IMG/VR virus record: IMGVR_UViG_3300031952_000079
Location: 1-33,857 of that record
Source of the DNA: a virus
Taxonomy: Duplodnaviria; Caudoviricetes
Length of the DNA: 33,857 nt
Direction: 5' to 3' (one strand)
A model generated the notes under the pieces. That model had not been told where the DNA came from. It saw only the letters and a list, made by a program, of their open reading frames with translations, and searched no databases. Numbering within the stretch: the first letter of the stretch is position 1; each line of letters opens with the position of its first letter. The translations under genes and the position numbers were made by a program. Below, one piece after another: positions 25,572 through 33,570 of this stretch.

Positions 25572-25874
25572 CTACTTCGCCTCCGCTTTTCTAGCCTCTC
25601 TTACAGCATCGTCGGCGCTGGCCTGAGACGCATCCTTCACGGCCTGCTTCAAATTCTTCTCCAACGTGGTCTGGTTGCAGACGCCGAGTTTGACGAGAAC
25701 CTCGCCGCCCAAAGGATACATCGACAACAGGCTCGGGCTAGCATCCGTGATCGTGAGCTTATGCTTAGCATTCGTGCTCTTCAACGTGACTTTGAAAGCT
25801 ATTTCAAGCTGGCCTTCCTTCGTCATTTTCTCGCTCTTGCTGCGGCCAACAACCTCAAACACAACCTCAGCCAT
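25572..25874 (-). CDS. Hypothetical protein, possible OB-fold
   Basis: Beta-rich N-terminus; GGAGGAG SD. Confidence 0.55.
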   Translation of the reverse strand: MAEVVFEVVGRSKSEKMTKEGQLEIAFKVTLKSTNAKHKLTITDASPSLLSMYPLGGEVLVKLGVCNQTTLEKNLKQAVKDASQASADDAVREARKAEAK

Positions 25875-25876
25875 GC

Positions 25877-26140
25877 CTACTCCTCCAGCAGATCCTCAAA
25901 GCCAAAAATGTGACAGAGCTCAACAAACAAGGGTAAAGCAGCCACAAGCTTCGCCTTATCAGGAATATCCTCAATACGCCGTCGCAACCGTAACATCTCT
26001 CCGCGAAAATCAGGTTCCTCAAGACGCTGCAAACGCCGCTCCTGTTGAAGAACGATATCGCAGAGCTGATCGACGGCTACGCCGAGCTTCTGCAGGATAT
26101 CCTTGAAAGCCTTAGCTAACTCAACTATTGCTTTCCCCAA
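25877..26140 (-). CDS. Coiled-coil hypothetical protein
   Basis: TTG start after GGAGGAGG; heptad pattern. Confidence 0.55.
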   Translation of the reverse strand: MGKAIVELAKAFKDILQKLGVAVDQLCDIVLQQERRLQRLEEPDFRGEMLRLRRRIEDIPDKAKLVAALPLFVELCHIFGFEDLLEE

Positions 26141-26225
26141 AACTAGGCCTCCTCCTTCGCCTTTCTGCTTCGCCTTCTCCACTTGCGAACGCCGGCAGAA
26201 TCGTTTCTAGCCATAGTCGGCAACC

Positions 26226-26369
26226 TTAAGCGCCTCCCAACTTTTCGATAAGGTCACGCATAGCGTCAAGCAAAGCGTCCGTCCGGCCGCTATACCTGCT
26301 CTTGATGGCCTCATCGAACTCTGCCAATAGTTTCAAGGGGCAATTAAAATTCACGAGTTTAGATTCCAT
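26226..26369 (-). CDS. CopG/NikR-type ribbon-helix-helix protein (47 aa), not in ORF track
   Basis: MESKLVNFNCPLKLLAEFDEAIKSRYSGRTDALLDAMRDLIEK; overlaps the recombinase end. Confidence 0.8.
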   Translation of the reverse strand: MESKLVNFNCPLKLLAEFDEAIKSRYSGRTDALLDAMRDLIEKLGGA

Positions 26370-27405
26370 TATTTTTCATTTCCTCCTTAACCAGTTTTTC
26401 ACGTTCAAAAAACTTGCAGCCACTCGCCCAGCTAGAGGCCATGGCCTGATCCATGAACCGGCAAGTGCTCCGGTGACCGCAGAAACGACAGTGCTTATCA
26501 AAAAACTCGTTTCCACACTCCGGGCATTCACCAGTAGGCTTCTCAGCGGCGAATGGCCATGATTGGAGTCGGCTGAACTCGGCTTGAAGATCCTCGTAGA
26601 ACACGAGGCGGCTCAGGTAGATCTGCGTGTAAAGCATACTCTTATGCCGCATAATCTTACTCAAAGCGTGAAGATTCCCAGGCCTCTTCCCATCAGAGGG
26701 ATAGGCCCAGCTTGCAGCAAAAAAGTGCCGTAGATCGTAAAGGTTCATGTGCTTCCAGCCGTCGACGCCGGCAGCCTTAGCCCACTTTCGAATCACCTTA
26801 TCCAGCGCATCGTAGCCCAGCGGGCCCGCTCGGTCTGCCCAGGCCTTGCCCATAGGGTCACGCTCGATCACCCAGCCGTATAGTTTGGGCGAAACATCAT
26901 AGAGCCGCTTCAAGAAATCTGCGGTCACCGCGTCCATCGGAATCGGGCAAACCACATGCTTCTTGCTATCCATAGTATTCAGCGTTAGCTTGTCAAAGTC
27001 CACGTCGTCCCACCGCAGGCGCCGGATCTCGCCCGGGCGGAGGCCAGACTTCATAGGCACGCGAATAAGGCAGAAGTCGCGGAGAGGCGCATGCTCCATA
27101 GCGTAATCGTGCAGCCTAAGAAAGTCGCTCCTACGCAGGACGATAGACTCAGGATTAGGCAGATACTGCATAGATCCAGCACCGGCGCCATCACAAAGGG
27201 TGATAACATGCGACGCCATAGACATTTGAAGGCTCGCGCCGTCCGCACCAACAGAGCCCTGGAGAGAGAGAAAGGTGAAAGTGAAGGCCCTATGGCGCCA
27301 ACGGCCGAGAACGACACGCATACGCCAACGTACTAACCCGTCGTTTTTCACTAATTCAGATTCTGATTCAGAATCCACGAAGCGTTTCAGACTCAAACCG
27401 ACCAC
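26359..27405 (-). CDS. Tyrosine recombinase/integrase with C-terminal Cys cluster (start uncertain)
   Basis: SGLRPGEI (R), DSKK (K), YDLRH, MRH (H), TQIY (Y); CPEC..CRFC..C..C tail. Confidence 0.85.
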   Translation of the reverse strand: MVGLSLKRFVDSESESELVKNDGLVRWRMRVVLGRWRHRAFTFTFLSLQGSVGADGASLQMSMASHVITLCDGAGAGSMQYLPNPESIVLRRSDFLRLHDYAMEHAPLRDFCLIRVPMKSGLRPGEIRRLRWDDVDFDKLTLNTMDSKKHVVCPIPMDAVTADFLKRLYDVSPKLYGWVIERDPMGKAWADRAGPLGYDALDKVIRKWAKAAGVDGWKHMNLYDLRHFFAASWAYPSDGKRPGNLHALSKIMRHKSMLYTQIYLSRLVFYEDLQAEFSRLQSWPFAAEKPTGECPECGNEFFDKHCRFCGHRSTCRFMDQAMASSWASGCKFFEREKLVKEEMKNNGI

Positions 27406-27435
27406 GAAAACCTAAAGACACTATGCACATGCAGC

Positions 27436-27443
27436 ATTTATAA
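27436..27443 (-). promoter_or_regulatory. TATA box for the recombinase operon
   Basis: TTATAAAT about 30 nt upstream of the ORF start. Confidence 0.45.
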
Positions 27444-27606
27444 GCCTTGTGCGGCATGGAAAACAACGAGGAAAAAACGGCGAAACACTTAACAAGCGAA
27501 AAAAATAATAGAGACAGGGCTTCTGGCTGCCGGACTCGTTCTAAGGTTTGGTCTCCTTTAAAACCGGCGGCCAAAGGCTCCATTTCGACGTTTTCTGTCC
27601 CGTGAC

Positions 27607-27618
27607 AAAACTTTAAAT
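27607..27618 (+). promoter_or_regulatory. BRE/TATA promoter of the plus-strand cassette
   Basis: aaaac-TTTAAAT, then AGGAGA SD before the ATG at 27657. Confidence 0.5.
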
Positions 27619-27656
27619 CTGACAGAAGCCACGCTACTTTTAGGAGACTAAACGAA

Positions 27657-27995
27657 ATGCAAGCTTTAAACCGAGAATACGCGCCAACCCGTGACAGGTT
27701 GGCTATGCGCGGCGACGAGAGATCGCCTACACCGAGAACGCCTTCAAATGAAGACAGAAAAGATTTGTACAAACGGTCGAAAGAATGTGAAAATATAAAC
27801 ACTCATTCCGGGGTGTGCCTGCAATGCAAATGGTATGAGACTAGTTATTCATACTGTCAGCTATATACACGGGGAAAATTTGTTGGAAAAGTGAAAATGA
27901 AGGAGCAGCCTACTCTCCAGGAACAACAGGTAAACTTTGACAAAGATACGGCTCAATTGCGAAAAGACCTTAAAGGCTTCACTGAAGGATGGTGA
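27657..27995 (+). CDS. Hypothetical Cys-containing protein
   Basis: 112 aa; CLQC...C; SD present. Confidence 0.6.
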   Translation: MQALNREYAPTRDRLAMRGDERSPTPRTPSNEDRKDLYKRSKECENINTHSGVCLQCKWYETSYSYCQLYTRGKFVGKVKMKEQPTLQEQQVNFDKDTAQLRKDLKGFTEGW

Positions 27996-28001
27996 ACCAG
28001 G

Positions 28002-28346
28002 ATGAGCCTTACACACGCATTCACGATCTGCCAAACCGTCGGCTTCAGAAGCGATATTCCAGAGGACGTCCAAGCGAAAATCATGGCTCACGCGCTTAAA
28101 CACTTCAAGGCGCCAACCGACTTCATAATCTACGAGACGGAAGCAGGTCCAGAACATTTTGAAGACGAAGGCAGAAGCCTATCCACCTTCATACCGGGCA
28201 CCACAAAGAAAGTTTACGCGAAACTGGACGATTATGGGCCACCCGAAAAATGGGACGAGCTATATGATAAGGAGATCGCGGACGGCCTCAAGAAGGGAAT
28301 ACGCGGAAGATTCCTGATAACCTTCATGCTCGCCGAAGACTACTGA
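28002..28346 (+). CDS. Hypothetical mobile-element protein
   Basis: 114 aa ending ITFMLAEDY*, resembling the T-h-h-L-x-E-E/D-Y terminus of small plasmid/phage proteins. Confidence 0.6.
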   Translation: MSLTHAFTICQTVGFRSDIPEDVQAKIMAHALKHFKAPTDFIIYETEAGPEHFEDEGRSLSTFIPGTTKKVYAKLDDYGPPEKWDELYDKEIADGLKKGIRGRFLITFMLAEDY

Positions 28347-28354
28347 GGGTCAAC

Positions 28355-28606
28355 ATGCAGAAGCAAAAGGGCAAGTTCTGGCCACAGGTGAGAACGCAGA
28401 TTTACGAGAAAGCACAGCAACTCTTCCAGGAAGAAGAAGCACGCACTATGAGCCAAGATTTCAAGGGCATAACGGCGACAAAGAAAGAGCTCCACGAAGC
28501 AGGCTACTTCTACACGGCTAAGCTCATCGTCCTCAGAAACCTTTGGCTCCAGAACAAGGGAACGCCCACAGTCGAAGAGGAGACCGCCACACATGCTACT
28601 TTTTAA
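28355..28606 (+). CDS. Hypothetical protein (83 aa)
   Basis: GAGGGT SD; operon continuity; ELHEAGYF motif. Confidence 0.6.
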   Translation: MQKQKGKFWPQVRTQIYEKAQQLFQEEEARTMSQDFKGITATKKELHEAGYFYTAKLIVLRNLWLQNKGTPTVEEETATHATF

Positions 28607-28970
28607 AAGATTATTCATGCTCAAGGTGCTGGACGGCTCCAAAACGCAGACCCGCCGAATCAGCAGATACAGACTCAAAATCGGCGAAGCCTACGCGATC
28701 AACAGCGGAATGCTTGAACCCGCCCAAGCTAGAATAATCATAATCCGCGCCTGGAGACAACAACTCCGCGACCTCACACCCGAGGACGTCAGAAAGGAAG
28801 GCTTCACAAGTTTTACAGAGTTTAGGCAGGCCTGGATAGAAATATATGGCAGCTGGAACCCGGACCAAATCGTTACGGCCTACGAGTTCCGCCTACTCAC
28901 TTCTGCCAGAAAAGATAGGCCTTCACCTGCAACAACAGGCCCACAACACGAATCAGAGACGCGAGTTTAG
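28593..28970 (+). CDS. ASCH-domain protein
   Basis: GSKTQTRR (GxKTxTxR) and LTPEDVRKEGF motifs. Confidence 0.85.
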   Translation: MLLFKRLFMLKVLDGSKTQTRRISRYRLKIGEAYAINSGMLEPAQARIIIIRAWRQQLRDLTPEDVRKEGFTSFTEFRQAWIEIYGSWNPDQIVTAYEFRLLTSARKDRPSPATTGPQHESETRV

Positions 28971-30351
28971 CGAGATCTGCGGCCTCTAGGCCGGCTATGT
29001 AGTCTGCTTTTGTCCCGAAGGCCTTATGCCGGTTAACCGAGATCTCCTTCATCAGCCGCGGATGAGGGTTCTCTGCGAAGATATTGCGTATCTGCTGCAG
29101 CTCTCCAGGGCTCAGTTTCTCAAGCCTTTTGAGAATGTATGATTCGCTGCCAAGAAGCTTCACGTTGAAGCCGAGCTCCTCCAGGATCCTGGAGATCTTC
29201 AACGCATGCTTTCCAGGAACTTGGAAAAGCACCAGCCGCATACCTGCTTTCTCAGCAAACTGGTTATACTTGGCCATAACAGCAACGAGCTCCACGCAAG
29301 ACGTGCCAGCCAACGCCAATGTCTCTCGGATCAGCTTCGCGCCAAGGCCTACGCTCCTATATTTCGGGTGAACCACGACGCGGCCAATCATGCTCAGCTG
29401 ACTGTTCAACTGCTTAGGCTTCAAGCCAGGAAGAACTAGGCGACGTCCGAGACAAGTCATAGGCGGATAATTGTAAATGATGACACCGCACAACTCTTCT
29501 CCGCGCGCGCGAGAGAGAGCGAAGATCTTGCGGACCGCTCCGGGATGACTGCTCCGATAATGAAACATCTCAAGAGCATGCCAGTCTTTTGTGGTACCAG
29601 GCCTCACCTGCATCTCGCGAACCAGACTACACTCAGCAGGACTCTCGTTTGGATAGTACACTATATAAATCTCCTTTCCGTAGCGCTTATGCACGTGCAC
29701 GCTAGGCCCAAGATCCGCGAACAGGTCCGTGTGACTAGTAGCTACAACACAGCTGCAATGTAGCTGCCGAGCAAGCTTTTGAAGGTTAAAGGCCACAATC
29801 TTCGCCGTGTCACGGTCCAGGGTCGCGCAGAACTCGTCCATAAACCACCATTTAGCCTTGCTCTCGATCATTCGGGCTATGCGGTAACGATACTTTTGGC
29901 CGTCGCTCAGCTGCTCGTACGTACGCACAAAAAGAAAAGCGTCACCAAGGCCCACCCGGGACAAGAGATTCAGGCCTTCATCAACGGTTTTGCCTACTGT
30001 CTCGATCAGCGGCTTACCCTCATCGACGCGCACAGAGCCCATGTCTACGGCCTCAGAGCCAAGATCTTTCAGCATGGCCTTCAAGAGAACGCTCTTGCCA
30101 GATCCGCTGTCTCCGGTGATTAACACGACGTCGCCCGGGCCTATCTTGAGCTCAACATTATCATATAGTACGAAGCTGCGCTGCTCGTCCAAACCGAGCC
30201 CAAAGGCCTCAGACACGGCCACGCTCCTCGGCGTCAGTTTAACAGCTGTCTCGTAGGCGATGTTGAAAGTAAAACGGTTAAGAGTCCTATCGTAGATCTT
30301 GCAAAACTGCTTGATCCGGAAAAACTCGCGTCTACGCCTCACACTCTTCAA
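28897..30351 (-). CDS. ABC-type ATPase fused to GNAT acyltransferase
   Basis: GDSGSGKS, LSDGQ, FMDEF..LD, ATSH; GNAT FHYR and RVVVHPKYRSVGLG; no TM partner. Confidence 0.9.
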   Translation of the reverse strand: MKSVRRRREFFRIKQFCKIYDRTLNRFTFNIAYETAVKLTPRSVAVSEAFGLGLDEQRSFVLYDNVELKIGPGDVVLITGDSGSGKSVLLKAMLKDLGSEAVDMGSVRVDEGKPLIETVGKTVDEGLNLLSRVGLGDAFLFVRTYEQLSDGQKYRYRIARMIESKAKWWFMDEFCATLDRDTAKIVAFNLQKLARQLHCSCVVATSHTDLFADLGPSVHVHKRYGKEIYIVYYPNESPAECSLVREMQVRPGTTKDWHALEMFHYRSSHPGAVRKIFALSRARGEELCGVIIYNYPPMTCLGRRLVLPGLKPKQLNSQLSMIGRVVVHPKYRSVGLGAKLIRETLALAGTSCVELVAVMAKYNQFAEKAGMRLVLFQVPGKHALKISRILEELGFNVKLLGSESYILKRLEKLSPGELQQIRNIFAENPHPRLMKEISVNRHKAFGTKADYIAGLEAADLAKLASLIRVVGLLLQVKAYLFWQK

Positions 30352-30426
30352 CCTCGCAGCAACCCACTACTTAAGACAAACCAAGAAACAACATGTTCGA
30401 GAGAGATGGAGACAGAGAGAGACGAG

Positions 30427-30642
30427 TTAAAGTGCACATTTTCGTTGTCTGCGCCTTTTGAGCCAACAGATCAAACCTGGCAGTCCGTTATGGTCAAGAT
30501 TATACTTGCCGCAAGTTGGACATCTACCCATACTCTCGACATAAGCACGCCAACTATGAGGTTTTCCGCCCATTATTTCACCCCCCTTTCTATCATTAGT
30601 TCGCTCAACCTCCCAGTGAGAGAGATAAGTAAAAGTGCACAT
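30427..30642 (-). CDS. Small Cys-containing protein (start may be the internal MGGKPH)
   Basis: CPTC motif; GGGGTGA SD before the internal ATG. Confidence 0.45.
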   Translation of the reverse strand: MCTFTYLSHWEVERTNDRKGGEIMGGKPHSWRAYVESMGRCPTCGKYNLDHNGLPGLICWLKRRRQRKCAL

Positions 30643-32088
30643 CTAACCAAACTTCATGGCCTCCAAGTCAAACGCCTTCATCTGCACCGTAGCAAAAACG
30701 CTCAGGGCCATACTCCAGAACACGTCATCATGCGTCCCATTCGGATGACTAAACGATATAGAGCCGTCCTTGCGCAGCTCGAACTTCTCCACGTTCAACT
30801 CGCTGCAGATGTCACCACGATAAGGCTTCTCCCACGTCGCAAGAGGATAAAACAGTTTCTCATTATTCATTCTCTGTTTGAAAAGATTAGCCATCTCGCT
30901 CTTTCTTGGCACGCTAAAGTTTACGCCCTCAGCGTTCGTGATACCTGCATCCTCCATATCCGCGATGAGGCTCGGCCCATCCTTCGTTATGTCCACGCGA
31001 ATCTTTGAAAAGCCACCCCACCGGTCCTGCAGCATCTTCAAATAACCCAGCACATGCGCGTACTTCGTGGGTTGACTAAAAATCTTCAAGTGCCTCAGCA
31101 GAAGCTTATCGTTGAGCCTTTCGAATATGCTGAGAACACAGAAATCTTTCACTTGAGCCATGTCCAAGCCGGCGAAGAGATCTCCCTGGTAACTGCGTTC
31201 AGGATTCCAAAGCTGCAGATCCTCACCACACGTCTTTTCCGTGCCTATGCAAGAGACTATGAGGCTCTGCGACAGCCAAACATCCTCGTCCTCAGCATAC
31301 TCAGCCTCCATCTCACGGCGCCAGCGAGACGGATCCTCGCCGAACTGCTTCTTGATTTTCTCGATCATGTTAGGCCTTAAGGGCCCGGTTGGAGCCGTGG
31401 CTCTATCGACGCCCACGTGGCTACGGTGAAAATCGGCCCAATCCTTATGAAAACACATCTTCCAGAAAATGCTGTCCGCGTTCCAAGGCGTGCTTGTCGC
31501 TATCAACTTGCCGTCCGTAGTGCCAAGCGTAAACAGAATAGCATCATACAAGTCCGCATCATTAGGCGTAAAGTTTACTTCGTCCCACCAAACCACTTGC
31601 AATGTCGGGCCCCTGATGGTGTCAGGATTATTCGGAAAAGCCTCAATCACACTGCCATTCGTGAACCGCAGAATAGTTCGTCCAGGCTTAAGATATTGAC
31701 TTGGCGAAAGCTTACGCAGAAAATAGCCCATGCGACGAATGTTAAGCTTCGTCTGACGCCAGCTAGGCCCGACGACAGCAATGTAACTATCATCATGCGT
31801 AGCCGCGTAGTTTAACAGCAAAGCCGAAATAATCCAGCTTTTCCCGCTCTGCCTACACCAACGCGCAGCCAAAAACTGAAACCTATTGAAAGCGTCGATG
31901 AGCTCCTGCTGATAACTAAAAGGCACAAAACCAAGCGTCTTTCTAAACCAGCTGGGCTGATTCTTAGCTGCCTTCTTCGCCTTTTTCGTCGCAAGAGCCC
32001 TCGTAGCGACTACGTCGACCTTTGCGGCTTCAAGAAATCGGCCAAGTTTATCCCGCTGCATGCTCCTCGCGTGCACGTAACGCCGCAA
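30643..32088 (-). CDS. terL: Terminase large subunit
   Basis: YQ motif, Walker A RQSGKS, IRG, Walker B WWDE, STP, nuclease GLDMA, HDD. Confidence 0.93.
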   Translation of the reverse strand: MRRYVHARSMQRDKLGRFLEAAKVDVVATRALATKKAKKAAKNQPSWFRKTLGFVPFSYQQELIDAFNRFQFLAARWCRQSGKSWIISALLLNYAATHDDSYIAVVGPSWRQTKLNIRRMGYFLRKLSPSQYLKPGRTILRFTNGSVIEAFPNNPDTIRGPTLQVVWWDEVNFTPNDADLYDAILFTLGTTDGKLIATSTPWNADSIFWKMCFHKDWADFHRSHVGVDRATAPTGPLRPNMIEKIKKQFGEDPSRWRREMEAEYAEDEDVWLSQSLIVSCIGTEKTCGEDLQLWNPERSYQGDLFAGLDMAQVKDFCVLSIFERLNDKLLLRHLKIFSQPTKYAHVLGYLKMLQDRWGGFSKIRVDITKDGPSLIADMEDAGITNAEGVNFSVPRKSEMANLFKQRMNNEKLFYPLATWEKPYRGDICSELNVEKFELRKDGSISFSHPNGTHDDVFWSMALSVFATVQMKAFDLEAMKFG

Positions 32089-32482
32089 CTTCTTTCCTCA
32101 ACTCCATAAGGTCATCTTCAATTCGCCGATAATTAACGTACTCAGCGAATTTGTCCTGGTAAACCCTGCAAGCTTGAACAAGGCTACGCAGCCGCAGAAC
32201 CTCACCTTTTTCTAAACCTGGCTGCTCAAGCGACTTGACAGCGCGCGCTAAAAACAGCAGGACTTGCTCCACCGTAAACAGGTCTTTCGGCAAGTCAGAA
32301 GAAGAAGGCAAGTGCAAATCGTCTTTGCCTACTTCTTCTAAGCCAAGCCTCCTCATCTTGTGACTCACTGCGTCAACGGTCATCCCGAGTTCTCTAGCAA
32401 TAGCCTCTGAAGAAACCTTCGCTTTCACAAGGTCCTGAAGCTTCTTCTCCTGCGCACGCGTCCAAGGCTTGCCCTTCGGCAA
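32048..32482 (-). CDS. HTH protein, probable terminase small subunit
   Basis: GKPWT..IARELGMTVDAV HTH plus helical oligomerisation region; directly upstream of and overlapping terL. Confidence 0.6.
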   Translation of the reverse strand: MPKGKPWTRAQEKKLQDLVKAKVSSEAIARELGMTVDAVSHKMRRLGLEEVGKDDLHLPSSSDLPKDLFTVEQVLLFLARAVKSLEQPGLEKGEVLRLRSLVQACRVYQDKFAEYVNYRRIEDDLMELRKEVAALRAREEHAAG

Positions 32483-32743
32483 CTAAGCCACCTTGTGTCC
32501 AATTATTATCCCTGAAACAAACGTGATAAGGCTTGAAATGCCTACAAAGATCTCGCTATTCCAAGCATGCAAAACGACCATATGCGCCACCTCAAGGCCA
32601 GATAAGCATATAGTCATGCCGATCGCGAATTTCACAGCAAAAACGATCCGCTCATCAGCCTCAACCATCTCAACATGCTGCTTACTACGAACACGGCCGC
32701 GGACCACCTTCCGCATCAACGCACGCCTGACCCAATCAGGCAC
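32483..32743 (-). CDS. Small two-TM membrane protein
   Basis: Basic N-terminus and two hydrophobic helices. Confidence 0.65.
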   Translation of the reverse strand: MPDWVRRALMRKVVRGRVRSKQHVEMVEADERIVFAVKFAIGMTICLSGLEVAHMVVLHAWNSEIFVGISSLITFVSGIIIGHKVA

Positions 32744-33206
32744 GTTTGCGCCTCCTCTTCTTTGACCCGCCCATCCAACCCTTATTCAAAATGAAGCTGA
32801 TAAGATTAAAGCGCCGGACTGGCTTCAAAAACCGTTTACGCCCCATATCCAATTGCAAACCCAAGACGGATATAACATCAAAACCAAGCAATGGCGTCTT
32901 GCAACCGTTATAACTTACAAGGGTAAATACATGCTCACCGCTAATATTTAAGTACAAGTACGCAAGGTTCGTCTTGATCTGACGACCATCAGCTAACTCC
33001 GCAAGGCCCTCGCCAACACAATCAAGCTTTAGAAATTCAGCGACTTTCCGCGGAATCACCGTCCCACTACTACCCGTATCAACGAGAAACCGAACTTTCA
33101 TATGCCTTGCCGGATCATGCGGATTGGCAATCAGTACGTCCTGATAAACTCCATCTTGCATAATGGCACTACGCCGCTTCGTCCTAATATGTCCATTTTT
33201 ACTCAA
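32736..33206 (-). CDS. Clan AA (retropepsin-like) aspartic protease
   Basis: FLVDTGSSGTVI, LADGR flap, PLLGFD. Confidence 0.85.
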   Translation of the reverse strand: MSKNGHIRTKRRSAIMQDGVYQDVLIANPHDPARHMKVRFLVDTGSSGTVIPRKVAEFLKLDCVGEGLAELADGRQIKTNLAYLYLNISGEHVFTLVSYNGCKTPLLGFDVISVLGLQLDMGRKRFLKPVRRFNLISFILNKGWMGGSKKRRRKRA

Positions 33207-33250
33207 CTAGAACAGTCCTCCATGTAAAGATTTAAACATCGAAAAAGATA

Positions 33251-33544
33251 GTGAAGGCAGGGATATTCTTGAAAGTGAAAGCAAGATGGGTTTTACCCTA
33301 TATCTATATTGCAGTATTTGTGGTCGTAACATTTTTGATAGGCGTCGCACTGCCACAGAGTAGCGTCTGGCAATACCTGGGACTCTCTGAGAAAGCATTA
33401 ATCGTATTCTGCATGCTATTAAACTTCTGTGCATTTCTGCTCGCCTGTTGGGTTGATAGAGACGATGCGAGGCTCGATATCCTCGAAAAGCAATTGCTCG
33501 CCAACCAAAACCGAATAAGCGAACTAGAAAAGAAAACCAAGTGA
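33251..33544 (+). CDS. Two-TM membrane protein with C-terminal coiled coil
   Basis: Two hydrophobic helices; upstream of the PH-like gene; divergent from the protease across a TTTAAA box. Confidence 0.6.
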   Translation: MKAGIFLKVKARWVLPYIYIAVFVVVTFLIGVALPQSSVWQYLGLSEKALIVFCMLLNFCAFLLACWVDRDDARLDILEKQLLANQNRISELEKKTK

Positions 33545-33570
33545 TTCCACAGTAAATAAGAGGAAAGAAC

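Noticed and set aside
27406-27656. tRNA-derived attP, ncRNA or CRISPR mini-array upstream of the recombinase
   Set aside because: No T-loop/acceptor pattern or regularly spaced repeats seen; explained by divergent promoters
28897-30351. ABC transporter subunit
   Set aside because: No permease or binding protein nearby; the GNAT fusion points to a soluble enzyme
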